A DNA stretch of 32,000 bases from Horticoccus luteus (lineage in GTDB: Bacteria > Verrucomicrobiota > Verrucomicrobiia > Opitutales > Opitutaceae): positions 1,170,001 to 1,202,000 of the forward strand of contig NZ_CP080507.1 of assembly GCF_019464535.1 (NCBI RefSeq), given 5' to 3'. Below the pieces are notes generated by a model. It did no database searches, was not told where the DNA came from, and was given only the letters and a program-made list of their open reading frames with translations. Both the position numbers and the translations under genes were made by a program. Below are positions 23,946-32,000 of this stretch, piece by piece (positions within the stretch are counted from its first letter, which is position 1; each line of letters begins with the position of its first letter).

Positions 23946-24671
23946 CTACGCAAAGGCACCCACGGCATTGAAGCCATAAGGCCGTTTTTCTCCCGACGCG
24001 AGGAGCACCAGATCTTCGGGGTAAGTGATCTTCACGTTGCGCGGCGAGCCTTCCACGAGATGCACGGGGGTGTCGGTATGCATCACCAGCGCCGCGGTGC
24101 TGTCTTCGAGCCAGTTGTTTTCGGCGGCGAGCGCATAGGCGTGTTCGAGCAGGGAGCGCCGGTAGCCGTGCGGGGTTTGCAGCGTGACGACGTCTTTTCT
24201 CGGGAGCGCGCGTTCGAGGACGCCGTCGCGGGAAAGAGCGATGCTGTCGCGCACGGGAATCGGAAGGTAGGACACGACGGCGTCGTGCTCACCGAGCGCG
24301 GCGATGATCCGCCGGATTTCGGTCGGCTGCACCCACGGGCGCGCGACTTCGTGGATCAACAAATACGGCGTATGCGTCGCGGCGATCAGCCGGCGCAGCG
24401 TGTCCTGACGGGTGTCGCCGCCGGCGACGCATTCGACGGGAACCGACAGCGAGAGGGCTGCGACCTGTTGGTGCGAAGAGGAGAGGTCGCAGGCGCGCAC
24501 GCCGACGACGATGCGCCCAACCAGCGGCTCCATGAGCTGCACGGCGTGCTGGAGGAGCGTAGCTCCACCGAGTTCGAGGAAAGCCTTGGCGATGCCGCCG
24601 AGGCGGCGGCCTTCCCCGGCGGCGAGAATGACGGCGGTGAGGTCGCGCGAAGAAACAGGGGAAGTCGGCAT
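23946..24671 (-). CDS. ispD: 2-C-methyl-D-erythritol 4-phosphate cytidylyltransferase
   Basis: TAVILAAGEGRRLGG..KAFLEL, VAGGDTRQDTL, LLIHEVARPWV, VVTLQTPHGYR and NVKITYPEDL fit the IspD motif series (AAG.G.R, GG.tR.dSv, iHDaaRP, QTPq.F, N.KiT.peDL). Confidence 0.85.
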   Translation of the reverse strand: MPTSPVSSRDLTAVILAAGEGRRLGGIAKAFLELGGATLLQHAVQLMEPLVGRIVVGVRACDLSSSHQQVAALSLSVPVECVAGGDTRQDTLRRLIAATHTPYLLIHEVARPWVQPTEIRRIIAALGEHDAVVSYLPIPVRDSIALSRDGVLERALPRKDVVTLQTPHGYRRSLLEHAYALAAENNWLEDSTAALVMHTDTPVHLVEGSPRNVKITYPEDLVLLASGEKRPYGFNAVGAFA

Positions 24672-24796
24672 GCGGGCGTGGGTTGAAGGTTGGCTGGCGA
24701 TGGCAGACCGCAGCCTTCCGGTAACGTTACGCCCGTCCCTCCATTCGCCGCATAGGCTTTAGATTTGCCGCGGCGTCAGGTTTTCCCTGATGGCGC

Positions 24797-26707
24797 TTAG
24801 AGCACTTGCAGCGTTTTGCGATAAAACGCCACGACTTCGTCGGGATCGTCGGTAAAAAGGACGTAGTCGGCCATCCACGCGGGGGCCCGTTTCGAGCGGA
24901 TCATTTCGCGGAATTGTTTGCGCAGGTCGGTCCAGTAGCTCGCGTTGAAAAACACGTAGGGAACGCGGGGGCGGATGCCGAGTTTGAGGTTGCAGAGCTC
25001 GATGCCGATTTCCTCGAGCGTGCCGACGCCGCCGACGTTGAAGATACAGAAATCGGCGCTCTCGAACCATTTTTGGCGAAAGTGGCGTGCCGATTCTTGA
25101 AAGGTGTTGAAGAAATCCACGCCGAGCTCGGGCGGTTGGGCTTCGAGTTCGAGGAAACATGCGCCGGTGAGGGCGCCTTTGTTGCGGGCTTGGTCGGTAG
25201 CGAGCCGCATGACGCCGCCGCCTCCGCCGGTGAGCACGCCGAGATTACCGCCGAGGAAGCCGGTGAGCTTGTCGACGAGGGAGGAGATACGGTCGGTGTC
25301 GGCTTGGTCGAGGCCGACGGCGGAGCCGTAGAATGCGAGGATGGTGGATTCCTGGAACTTGCGGGCCATCTCCTCGCGGACGAAGAAACCGTGGCCGCGT
25401 TTGTAGGTGTGCAGATAGAGATCCTGCGTGACCTCATCATACCAGTAAACCTGCATGCCGATGGCGTTGAACGTATCGAGGCGGGCGTGGGCGTTGCTGG
25501 AGAGAAAATAGCCGTGGGTGCGGGAGGCGTGGCGGAAGATGATGCGCTTGAGCTTCACGTCGCCCAGGCGGGTGATGAGTTCGATGTGTTCGAGCAGGTC
25601 AGGGAAGTAGTCGACGACCAGCGTGTCGGCGGAACCGGGCGCGCTGTCGAGTGCTTGGATGAGCGTGCGGCTGCCGAGCGGGCACGCCTCGCCTTCCAAG
25701 AGGTGGCGCAACTCCTCGTCATTGACGCGGACGAGGCTGGTGCGGTTCTCCATGGTGGCGCTCTGGCCGCGCACAGTGATTTTGGTTTTCGGCGCCGGGG
25801 CGTTGTTTTCGCGAGGCGGGGATTCGTCGAGGCACTTGAACAGGCTGGTGGTGGTGCTGAGGAGGCGCTGGCGTTTTTTGGTGAGGGTTTTCAGTTCGGG
25901 ATCCGAAAACGGAGGCGCGCCGTATATTTCGACGGAGACGACGGGATTCACCACGGGTTGATCACCGGTGTTGTAGATCTCCAGCATGACATTGGTGCCA
26001 AACGTCTTCACCGGATCGAGCAGGACCGCGCTGGTGTGCAGGCCAAAGTTGCCGGCGCCTTGGTTGAGCACGACGAAGTGTTCTTTGAGATACATCGAGC
26101 AACTCGTGAGGATGCCCGACTGCGGCGGGATCATGAGGGGCGAAGCGTCGTGGCGGATCTGGACTTGGTCGAGGTAGCTGCGGCCGGCCTCGCCACTGAC
26201 GACGTGTTCGAAATTGGGGCGGAGGAGCTTGGGGTTGAGCGTGTAGTTAACCTGGTGCGGGGTGAGGAAGACGCGTCCGAGGCTGTCGATGCTGATGGTC
26301 TCGGGCAGCTTGAGGCGGTTTTCCTGAAGGGCAGCCCAGATGGCGGCGGTGGAGAGTTTGACGGCGGCGGGCGCGTAGAAGAGCCGCCCGACGGGGACGC
26401 CGGGGCGAAGGAGTTTCTTCCAATAGCTGGCGTGCGGAAAGCTGCCGTCGAAAATAAAGGCTTCGGCTTCCACCGCGAGGCGGTTGCCATCGACCACGGG
26501 TGGATGGGTGATGATCATCTCGATGCCGATGCGGGCGAGGGAACTGCGCTCGGTGAACTTGAGCGCGGCGAGATGGGTTTTCAGATATTCAAACTCGGCG
26601 GGATGGCGGGGCCAGAAGGCGAGGCTGAGCGTGACGGCGCGCTCGTCCTTGTTTTTCACGGTGAGAATCTGGCCGTCCTGGCTGGTCCAAAATTGGTCGA
26701 CTTGCAT
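24797..26707 (-). CDS. 636-aa multidomain protein: two dCTP-deaminase/dUTPase-fold repeats + unknown middle domain + C-terminal LOG (TIGR00730) domain
   Basis: Repeat 1: FTERSSLARIGIEMIITHPPVVDGNRLAVEAEAF...LLRPGVPVGRLFY (compare E. coli Dcd [33 protein letters not shown]...LRPGMLIGALSF). Repeat 2: GLHTSAVLLDPVKTFGTNVMLEIYNTGDQPVVNPVVSVEIY. LOG domain: ILAFYGSAVG, GVLTGGGGGVMRLA, CIFNVGGVGTLEEIGIE. ATG at 26707 preferred; the track start 26734 is a GTG. Confidence 0.85.
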   Translation of the reverse strand: MQVDQFWTSQDGQILTVKNKDERAVTLSLAFWPRHPAEFEYLKTHLAALKFTERSSLARIGIEMIITHPPVVDGNRLAVEAEAFIFDGSFPHASYWKKLLRPGVPVGRLFYAPAAVKLSTAAIWAALQENRLKLPETISIDSLGRVFLTPHQVNYTLNPKLLRPNFEHVVSGEAGRSYLDQVQIRHDASPLMIPPQSGILTSCSMYLKEHFVVLNQGAGNFGLHTSAVLLDPVKTFGTNVMLEIYNTGDQPVVNPVVSVEIYGAPPFSDPELKTLTKKRQRLLSTTTSLFKCLDESPPRENNAPAPKTKITVRGQSATMENRTSLVRVNDEELRHLLEGEACPLGSRTLIQALDSAPGSADTLVVDYFPDLLEHIELITRLGDVKLKRIIFRHASRTHGYFLSSNAHARLDTFNAIGMQVYWYDEVTQDLYLHTYKRGHGFFVREEMARKFQESTILAFYGSAVGLDQADTDRISSLVDKLTGFLGGNLGVLTGGGGGVMRLATDQARNKGALTGACFLELEAQPPELGVDFFNTFQESARHFRQKWFESADFCIFNVGGVGTLEEIGIELCNLKLGIRPRVPYVFFNASYWTDLRKQFREMIRSKRAPAWMADYVLFTDDPDEVVAFYRKTLQVL

Positions 26708-26852
26708 GGGGAAAAGGGGGCGACGATGGCGCACGGAGCGGACCGACTCAAGCGGGGACTAATTGGTTGCTTTCGGGGCCGGGCGCTGGCACATCCGACA
26801 ATTTACGGCACAAAGTTACAGCCGTCCGTTTCCCAGACCACTCCACTCCGAT

Positions 26853-27725
26853 ATGAAATCCACCTCCCTCCTCACCGCCTGCGCGTTGAGCCTCGCCGCT
26901 GTCGCGGCCGTGAGCGCACAGGAAGTCAAATTTTCGATCCCGGGCGCGCAAAGCGCGGCTCCGGCTGAGAATGCTGCCCCGGCGACGAAGTCGGCGCCGG
27001 GCGCGACGACCGCCCCCGCCGCGGCGCCCGCGCCGTCCTTCACGGACGCGCAGTTGATGGAGGAACTGGGTTGGTTCATGGGCAAGCGCCTTTCGATCAG
27101 CAATCTCGACCTCACGCCCGCCGAAGCGACGGCGCTCGGCAAAGGCATCCAGGCGGCGGCGCTCGACAAAGACGCTCCCTACGCGCTCGAGCAGGCTGGT
27201 CCCTTGATGGACGACCTCGTCCAGAAGAAGCAGGGCGCGTATCTGGAGAAGTTGAAGGTGCAAAACCTCAACGCCGCCACGGCGTTCTTCAGCAAGCTCG
27301 GTGAAAACAAGAACGTCGTTTCGCAGCCCGACGGCTTGCGCTACGAAATCTTGCAGCCGGGCACCGGTCCGTATCCGAAGGCGACCGATACCGTGAAAGT
27401 GCACTACACGGGCAAGCTGATCGACGGCACGATTTTTGATACGTCGCTCCAGCCGCGCCAGCAGGGCGGCGCAGTCGAGCCGGCGGAATTTCGTCTCGAC
27501 AGTGTGATCACTGGCTGGACCGAGGGTCTGCAAAAGATCAACAAAGGCGGCAAAATCCGCCTCTACGTGCCGCCGCAACTGGCCTACGGCGATGAGCCGA
27601 AGGGTGCGATTCCTCCTGGCTCGGTGTTGATCTTCGACATCGAACTGCTCGACATCATCCCCGCCGCCGCGGCGCCCGCGCCGACCGTGACGCCTGGCCC
27701 CACGACTCCGTCGAGCGGCAAATGA
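26853..27725 (+). CDS. FKBP-type peptidyl-prolyl cis-trans isomerase (FkpA/Mip-like, secreted)
   Basis: Internal ATG at 26853. Signal peptide: MKSTSLLTACALSLAAVAAVSAQ. Mip/FkpA-type helical N-domain, then VKVHYTGKLIDGTIFDTS, VITGWTEGLQKINKGGKIRLYVPPQLAYG and SVLIFDIELLDI (FKBP_C). Confidence 0.9.
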   Translation: MKSTSLLTACALSLAAVAAVSAQEVKFSIPGAQSAAPAENAAPATKSAPGATTAPAAAPAPSFTDAQLMEELGWFMGKRLSISNLDLTPAEATALGKGIQAAALDKDAPYALEQAGPLMDDLVQKKQGAYLEKLKVQNLNAATAFFSKLGENKNVVSQPDGLRYEILQPGTGPYPKATDTVKVHYTGKLIDGTIFDTSLQPRQQGGAVEPAEFRLDSVITGWTEGLQKINKGGKIRLYVPPQLAYGDEPKGAIPPGSVLIFDIELLDIIPAAAAPAPTVTPGPTTPSSGK

Positions 27726-27754
27726 GCCCGCGCTGATTCCGAATCGTTTTGACC

Positions 27755-27783
27755 AACCTCCGGCTTTGCGCCGGAGGTTTTTT
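27755..27783 (+). terminator. Rho-independent terminator of the FKBP gene
   Basis: aacctccggc (27755-27764), loop tttgc, gccggaggtt, with a 6-T run at 27778-27783. It abuts the stop of the convergent threonine aldolase gene (27782). Confidence 0.8.
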
Positions 27784-28852
27784 ATTGGGCGCTGACGACG
27801 GCGCGAAGGTCGCCGAGGAAGGCGTCGAGGTCTGCGGGCTGCGTAGCCCATGAGCACATCAGGCGATAGCCGTGCTCACCCATCATCGCGTAGAAATGCC
27901 AGCCGCGGGCGAACAGGCCCTGCGCAACCGCGGGCGGAAGTTCGACGAAGACGGCGTTGGCTTCGACCGGCGCGAGCAGGCGCAGTGCGGGGAACGCCCC
28001 CAGTTCGCGGCCGAGACGCGCCGCCATCGCGTTCGCATGGGCGGCGTGGCGCAGCCATGCGTCGTCGCGCAACAACCCCAGCCATTGGGCGGCGAGGAAA
28101 CGCATTTTGGACGCGAGTTGGCCGGACTGTTTGCGCCGGTAGGCGAATTCCGCAGCGAGGGAGCGATTGAAGAACACGATCGCTTCCGTGCCGGCGGCGC
28201 CGTTTTTCGTGCCGCCAAAGCTCAGGACGTCGACGCCCGCTCGCCAGGTGAGATCCGCCGGCGTGGCGCCGGGGCGATCGCGCAGCGCGGCGGCGGCATT
28301 GGCGAACCGGGCGCCGTCGAGATGGACGGCGAGATTGTGGCGGCGGGCCGTCGCAGTGAGCGCCGCGATTGCGGCGGGCGAATACACGGTGCCCCATTCG
28401 GTGCTTTGCGTCAGCGAGAGCACGCGGGGTTTCGACGCGTGCACCTCGTGGTGCGACGACGCGGCCTGGTCGACCACGTCGGGCGAAAGTTTACCGAGCG
28501 AACCGGGCAATGGCACGACGCGGGCGCCGCCGGAAAAGAATTCGGGCGCCGCGCATTCGTCGCGTTCCACGTGGGCGTCGGCGTGCGCGAGGATCGCGTG
28601 ATAACTTGAACAAATGGACGCGAGGGACAGCGCGTTGGCGGCCGTGCCGTTATAGACGAAGAAGACTTCGCAGTCGGTCTCGAACAACGCGCGGATCCGA
28701 TCGGTGGCTTCGTGCGTGATGCGGTCGTGACCGTAGCTGGGCACGTGTCCGCGATTAGCCTCCGCGAGGGCGGCCAGGACCTCGGGGCAGACGCCGGCCG
28801 TATTGTCGCTGGCGAAAGCGTAGTTGTGCGCGGTCGGCGAGGCGTCGGGCAT
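27782..28852 (-). CDS. ltaE: Low-specificity L-threonine aldolase (beta-eliminating lyase family, PLP-dependent)
   Basis: YAFASDNTAGVCPEVLAAL, FVYNGTAANALSL, LSLTQSTEWGTVY, HLDGARFANA and LSFGGTKNG (PLP lysine). ATG at 28852; the track start 28858 is a TTG two codons upstream. Confidence 0.85.
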   Translation of the reverse strand: MPDASPTAHNYAFASDNTAGVCPEVLAALAEANRGHVPSYGHDRITHEATDRIRALFETDCEVFFVYNGTAANALSLASICSSYHAILAHADAHVERDECAAPEFFSGGARVVPLPGSLGKLSPDVVDQAASSHHEVHASKPRVLSLTQSTEWGTVYSPAAIAALTATARRHNLAVHLDGARFANAAAALRDRPGATPADLTWRAGVDVLSFGGTKNGAAGTEAIVFFNRSLAAEFAYRRKQSGQLASKMRFLAAQWLGLLRDDAWLRHAAHANAMAARLGRELGAFPALRLLAPVEANAVFVELPPAVAQGLFARGWHFYAMMGEHGYRLMCSWATQPADLDAFLGDLRAVVSAQ

Positions 28853-28939
28853 GGGCAAGAGGTTGTGAGGCGGAGGAAGGCGTCGCGAATCGATTTTTCA
28901 GGTTTGGCAAGGGGCGACAGCGGCCGTTTGGTGACCCGA

Positions 28940-29491
28940 ATGAATGCGGCGGACGTCAATCTTTACCTCGTGGGCTTTATGGGCACGGGGAAGACGACGA
29001 TCGGACGGGCGGTCGCGGCGCGGGTCGGCTTTCAATTCATCGACAGCGATCACCAGATCGAGCGAGAGCAGGCGAAGACGATCCCGGAGATTTTTGCGGA
29101 AAAGGGGGAGGCGGCATTTCGGGCGATGGAGCGCGCCTTCGTCGTCGAGGGGCACCCCGGCACGCGGGCGGTCGTCGCCTGCGGGGGAGGGCTGGTCGTG
29201 CAACCGGGCAATCTTAGCGAACTGCAGGCGCGCGGCGTGGTGATTTGCTTGCACGCTTCCGTGGAGTCGATCCTCGCGCGCACGTCGCGTTTCCGGCATC
29301 GGCCGTTGTTGGAGGTCGAAGATCCGGCGGCGCGGATCCGGGAACTTTACGCGGTGCGGGCACCGATCTACCGCCGTGCGGGGTCGATGATTCTCACGGA
29401 TGCGCGGCCGCTGGGGGATATCGTGAATCACGTGCTGCGCGCGTGGCGTCACGAGGCGAAGGATTGGGTGCGGCAACGGTCGGCCACGTAG
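28940..29491 (+). CDS. aroK: Shikimate kinase
   Basis: Internal ATG at 28940: MNAADVNLYLVGFMGTGKTTIGRAVAARVGFQFIDSDHQIE (Walker A plus the DSD shikimate-binding motif), FRAMER, VVACGGG and RPLL. Confidence 0.9.
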   Translation: MNAADVNLYLVGFMGTGKTTIGRAVAARVGFQFIDSDHQIEREQAKTIPEIFAEKGEAAFRAMERAFVVEGHPGTRAVVACGGGLVVQPGNLSELQARGVVICLHASVESILARTSRFRHRPLLEVEDPAARIRELYAVRAPIYRRAGSMILTDARPLGDIVNHVLRAWRHEAKDWVRQRSAT

Positions 29492-29557
29492 GGCGTCAGC
29501 GCGAGGACGCGGTGGGCGGCGCACGGCATGGAGCCGCTCGAGCCAGCCGGCGATCCA

Positions 29558-29968
29558 CTATTTGCCAGCGCCGAAAATCTCGTTGGTCCACTGGGTGAAT
29601 TGGGCGGGCGGCCGAACGGGTCGGCCCGTCAAATCGATGAACGCGTGCACGGTGTAGCCGGTGGCGAGAAGTTCTTCGCCGCGGAAGACCTCGTATTCGA
29701 GGCGGATGCGCAGCAGGGGCTTTTCGCGCAGGGTGACGACAAGCGTGACGGTGTCGTCGTAAACGGCCGGGCGGAGATAGCGCGCGTTGACTTCGAGCAC
29801 GGGGAGGCGGAAGCCGTCTTGTTCGAGCTGCCGGTAGGGCATCCCGTGTTCTTTCAAAAGGTGCGTGCGCGCCACTTCGAACCACGGGAGATAGTTGGCG
29901 TGATAGACGACGCCCATCATATCCGTCTCGGCGTAACGAACAGTTACCTGGGTGCGCGCTTGGATCAT
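29558..29968 (-). CDS. Acyl-CoA thioesterase, 4HBT/YbgC hotdog family
   Basis: 136 aa: VRYAETDMMGVVYHANYLPWFEVART... (YbgC-type catalytic Asp motif). ATGA overlap with the upstream GT4 gene stop (29965-29968). Confidence 0.85.
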   Translation of the reverse strand: MIQARTQVTVRYAETDMMGVVYHANYLPWFEVARTHLLKEHGMPYRQLEQDGFRLPVLEVNARYLRPAVYDDTVTLVVTLREKPLLRIRLEYEVFRGEELLATGYTVHAFIDLTGRPVRPPAQFTQWTNEIFGAGK

Positions 29969-31101
29969 GAGAGGTCGTTGAAAAGCAACTCGGCGGAGCG
30001 CCGCCAGGTATTTCGATGGGCCCAGCCGCGGCCCGCGGCGGCGAACTGCGCGCGCAATCCTTCGTCGTCGATCAAACGGGCGAACGCGGCGGTCAACGAA
30101 AGCGAGTCGCCCGGGCGCACGAGAAAGCCGGTGACATCGGGCACGACCGCTTCGGGCACGCCGCCGATGGCATGTCCGACGATCGGGAGGCCATGGCCTG
30201 CCGCTTCCAAGTAGACGAGGCCGAAGCCCTCGACGCTGTCGCCATGATCGACGCTGGTCAGCGCGAAGATGTCGGCCTGTCGATAGAGGTTTTCGAGTTC
30301 GGCGTCCGGCACGCTGCCGAAAAAGCGCACGGTGAGGCCGCTTTGGGCGGCTTCGGCGCGCAGCAGGTTTTCATAACCGCGCTTACTTTGACCGCCGACG
30401 ATCCAGTATTCCAAGCGGGCCCGGGTGGCGGGCGGCAGGGCGGCGAGGGCGCGCAGGGTGAGCAATTGCCCTTTTCGCGGATGCAGGCGGCCGACCGTGA
30501 GCACCACGATATGACCGGATTCCCGCGCCGTCGGCACCGCGGCCGTGCGTTCGCTCGCCGACCGCAGGGCGCCCGGCGTGAGGCACGTTTTGTGGGCGGC
30601 TTCAGGGAAGCGCGACACGAGCAACTCGCGGGTGTATCGGGAAAGCGTGCTGACGCGATCCGCCTGACGAATCAACCGCCGGGTGAGCCAGCGCGTGATG
30701 GGTTTACGATGAAACTGCAGGATCTCGGAGCCGTGAAACGTCAACACGAGCCGATGAGGGCGGATGCCGCCGAAGAATTGCAGCGCCATCATGGCGAGCA
30801 TCGGACCGGGCTCCGGGAGGAAGAGGATGCCGCGGCGCAGGCGCCTGCGGTGCCAGACCAGTTCCCATGCCAGGCGCGCCTGGCAGACAAAGTCTTGCGA
30901 ACCTTTAAGGGACAATCGCCGCACGGGGAAAGGCCAGACCGGTTCACGTTCCGCGGGCGCCGCTTGCGCCCACACTTCAACGGAGCGCCCGGAGTCGGCT
31001 GCCGCGCGCGCCATTTCTTCCGCGAACGTGGCGATGCCGCCGCGCACGGGATGGAATTCGTGCGTGAGGAGGAAGATGGGCGGAAGCGCGTCGACAGGCA
31101 T
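29965..31101 (-). CDS. Glycosyltransferase family 4 (GT-B, RfaG-like)
   Basis: 378 aa: FLLTHEFHPVRGGIATFAEEMA (GT4 N-domain), ...DIFALTSVDHGDSVEGFGLVYLEAAGHGLPIVGHAIGGVPEAV (E-x7-E region). Confidence 0.9.
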   Translation of the reverse strand: MPVDALPPIFLLTHEFHPVRGGIATFAEEMARAAADSGRSVEVWAQAAPAEREPVWPFPVRRLSLKGSQDFVCQARLAWELVWHRRRLRRGILFLPEPGPMLAMMALQFFGGIRPHRLVLTFHGSEILQFHRKPITRWLTRRLIRQADRVSTLSRYTRELLVSRFPEAAHKTCLTPGALRSASERTAAVPTARESGHIVVLTVGRLHPRKGQLLTLRALAALPPATRARLEYWIVGGQSKRGYENLLRAEAAQSGLTVRFFGSVPDAELENLYRQADIFALTSVDHGDSVEGFGLVYLEAAGHGLPIVGHAIGGVPEAVVPDVTGFLVRPGDSLSLTAAFARLIDDEGLRAQFAAAGRGWAHRNTWRRSAELLFNDLS

Positions 31102-31289
31102 ACACGGACGGCGTCCTCTGGCGGATGGCGGACGCGACGAATCGGCGTTTGTGGGCGGTTAACCGGTTGGGGGCAAGCGCGACCCGCATCGATGGACTGG
31201 TGGGGAACTTCGTTCGCGGCGGTGGGACGAACCGGCGGAGTTTGAAATAGGGTTTGAAAGGTAGCCGTGCGACATACAAACAGACGCGA

Positions 31290-32000
31290 ATGGGAGATGT
31301 AGTCCAACCTATCACGGGCAGCAACAAGCCGTTCCCGACGCCTTTGGCGCCGCTGACGGCGGACGACGAAGCCGTGTTGCGGGAATCGCTGAAGCGGTGC
31401 TCACCGTCGGCGGTGGAAGCGGCAGTGCAGTTTCGTAAGACCGGTAATGCGGATCATCTTCCGAGTGTCATCATCGGTGTGATCGAACGCTTCGTGGAGC
31501 CGGACCTGCGGGCGAAACTCAAAACGCCGGACGATGACTTGCGGCTGATCGAGGACTTGGGGATCGATTCGCTGACGATGATGGAAATCGTTATCCTGGT
31601 GGAAGAAGTGCTTCATACGACGATCAACAACGATGAGTTGCGGAATCTGCGCACGGTGGGAGACGTGAAGACGTTCATCGACTGCAAGGTGAGGGGACTG
31701 CCGATGCCGAAGCCCACGAAATTTTTACCGATCGAGCACATCGGCGCTGTGATGCCGATTCAGCCACCCTTCCTGTTTTTGAACGAAGCGTCGGTCAGTT
31801 CGGTGGCGGCAAACGCCAAATATAAGATCACCGGCCAGGAGTTTTTTCTGCAGGGGCATTTCAAGGACAACCCGGTGATGCCGGCGTCGATCATGCTGGA
31901 AGCGCTGGGCCAGCTCGCGGTGCTGTATTTGCTCGAAGGCCATGTGCCCGAGCCGAACAAAGTCGTCAGTTCGGCGATGATCTTTTTCACCGGCTGCGAA
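31290..32000 (+). CDS. Acyl carrier protein domain fused to a FabZ/FabA-like 3-hydroxyacyl-ACP dehydratase domain (3' end cut by window edge)
   Basis: Absent from the track because it runs off the window. Manual translation from ATG 31290: MGDVVQPITGSNKPF...DDLRLIEDLGIDSLTMMEIVILVEEVL (ACP 'DSL' phosphopantetheine site), then ...MPIQPPFLFLNEASV...KYKITGQEFFLQGHFKDNPVMPASIMLEALGQLAVLYLL (compare FabZ LPHRYPFLLVD...GHFP..PvMPGVL.iEAmAQ). An in-frame stop lies at 31248-31250; a TTG at 31254 is an alternative start. Confidence 0.8.
   Translation, partial: MGDVVQPITGSNKPFPTPLAPLTADDEAVLRESLKRCSPSAVEAAVQFRKTGNADHLPSVIIGVIERFVEPDLRAKLKTPDDDLRLIEDLGIDSLTMMEIVILVEEVLHTTINNDELRNLRTVGDVKTFIDCKVRGLPMPKPTKFLPIEHIGAVMPIQPPFLFLNEASVSSVAANAKYKITGQEFFLQGHFKDNPVMPASIMLEALGQLAVLYLLEGHVPEPNKVVSSAMIFFTGCE

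Noticed and set aside
26787-26803. TGGCAC hexamer in the divergent promoter region, considered as a sigma-54 -24 element
   Set aside because: The -12 element is missing: the required TTGC at the correct 5-nt spacing reads ACAA.
24806-26968. 720-aa plus-strand ORF
   Set aside because: It is antisense to the Dcd-LOG fusion gene, G/E/D/A/V-rich and without motifs. Its 3' end would also run into the FKBP gene start region.
26748-27857. 369-aa minus-strand ORF
   Set aside because: It is an R-rich antisense shadow of the FKBP isomerase gene, which has canonical FKBP_C motifs on the plus strand.
30016-31245. 409-aa plus-strand ORF
   Set aside because: It is an antisense shadow of the GT4 glycosyltransferase.
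1-32000. Scan for tRNA T-arm signatures (GGTTCGAATCC-like), CRISPR-type spaced repeats, IS inverted repeats, and transposase, integrase, reverse transcriptase, toxin-antitoxin or restriction genes
   Set aside because: None seen by eye on either strand. The window looks like core chromosome rather than an accessory or defence island. A manual scan can miss degenerate elements.

Overview
Visibly GC-rich bacterial chromosomal window (my estimate is mid-60s %GC, not computed). It is gene-dense and mostly housekeeping, with most genes on the minus strand. I support 31 CDS: 29 complete and one partial at each window edge. I also support 4 clear rho-independent terminators, one weaker hairpin and one perfect 18-bp palindrome. 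I found no rRNA, tRNA, CRISPR array, transposase, integrase or phage genes.

Recognisable core genes are glyA, purD, ispD, aroK, an rsmB-like methyltransferase, a threonine aldolase, an FKBP isomerase, an LMW phosphotyrosine phosphatase, an aldo/keto reductase, an MsbA-like ABC exporter, an MFS transporter, YihY/BrkB and an AI-2E transporter. All family calls come from motifs I recognise by eye in the translations, not from database searches.

Many long ORFs in the supplied track are D/E/G/R/H-rich antisense shadows of real genes, as expected in high-GC DNA, and several real genes start at internal Met codons of the listed ORFs. A ~615-aa GreA with a long N-terminal extension, plus generally weak Shine-Dalgarno signals, suggests a PVC/Verrucomicrobiota-type genome. 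That taxonomic guess is inference only.

The most unusual element is an orphan 636-aa protein (24797..26707, minus strand). It fuses two dCTP-deaminase/dUTPase-fold repeats, an unrecognised middle domain and a C-terminal LOG (TIGR00730) nucleotide phosphoribohydrolase-like domain. Secondary points of interest:
- a three-gene membrane 'stress' operon (7122..9092);
- an ACP::FabZ-like fusion divergent from a thioesterase-GT4 pair;
- a tandem retropepsin + PDZ lipoprotein;
- a 29-aa Lys/Ala-rich ORF with its own terminator;
- an ~890-bp gene-poor gap containing the palindrome.
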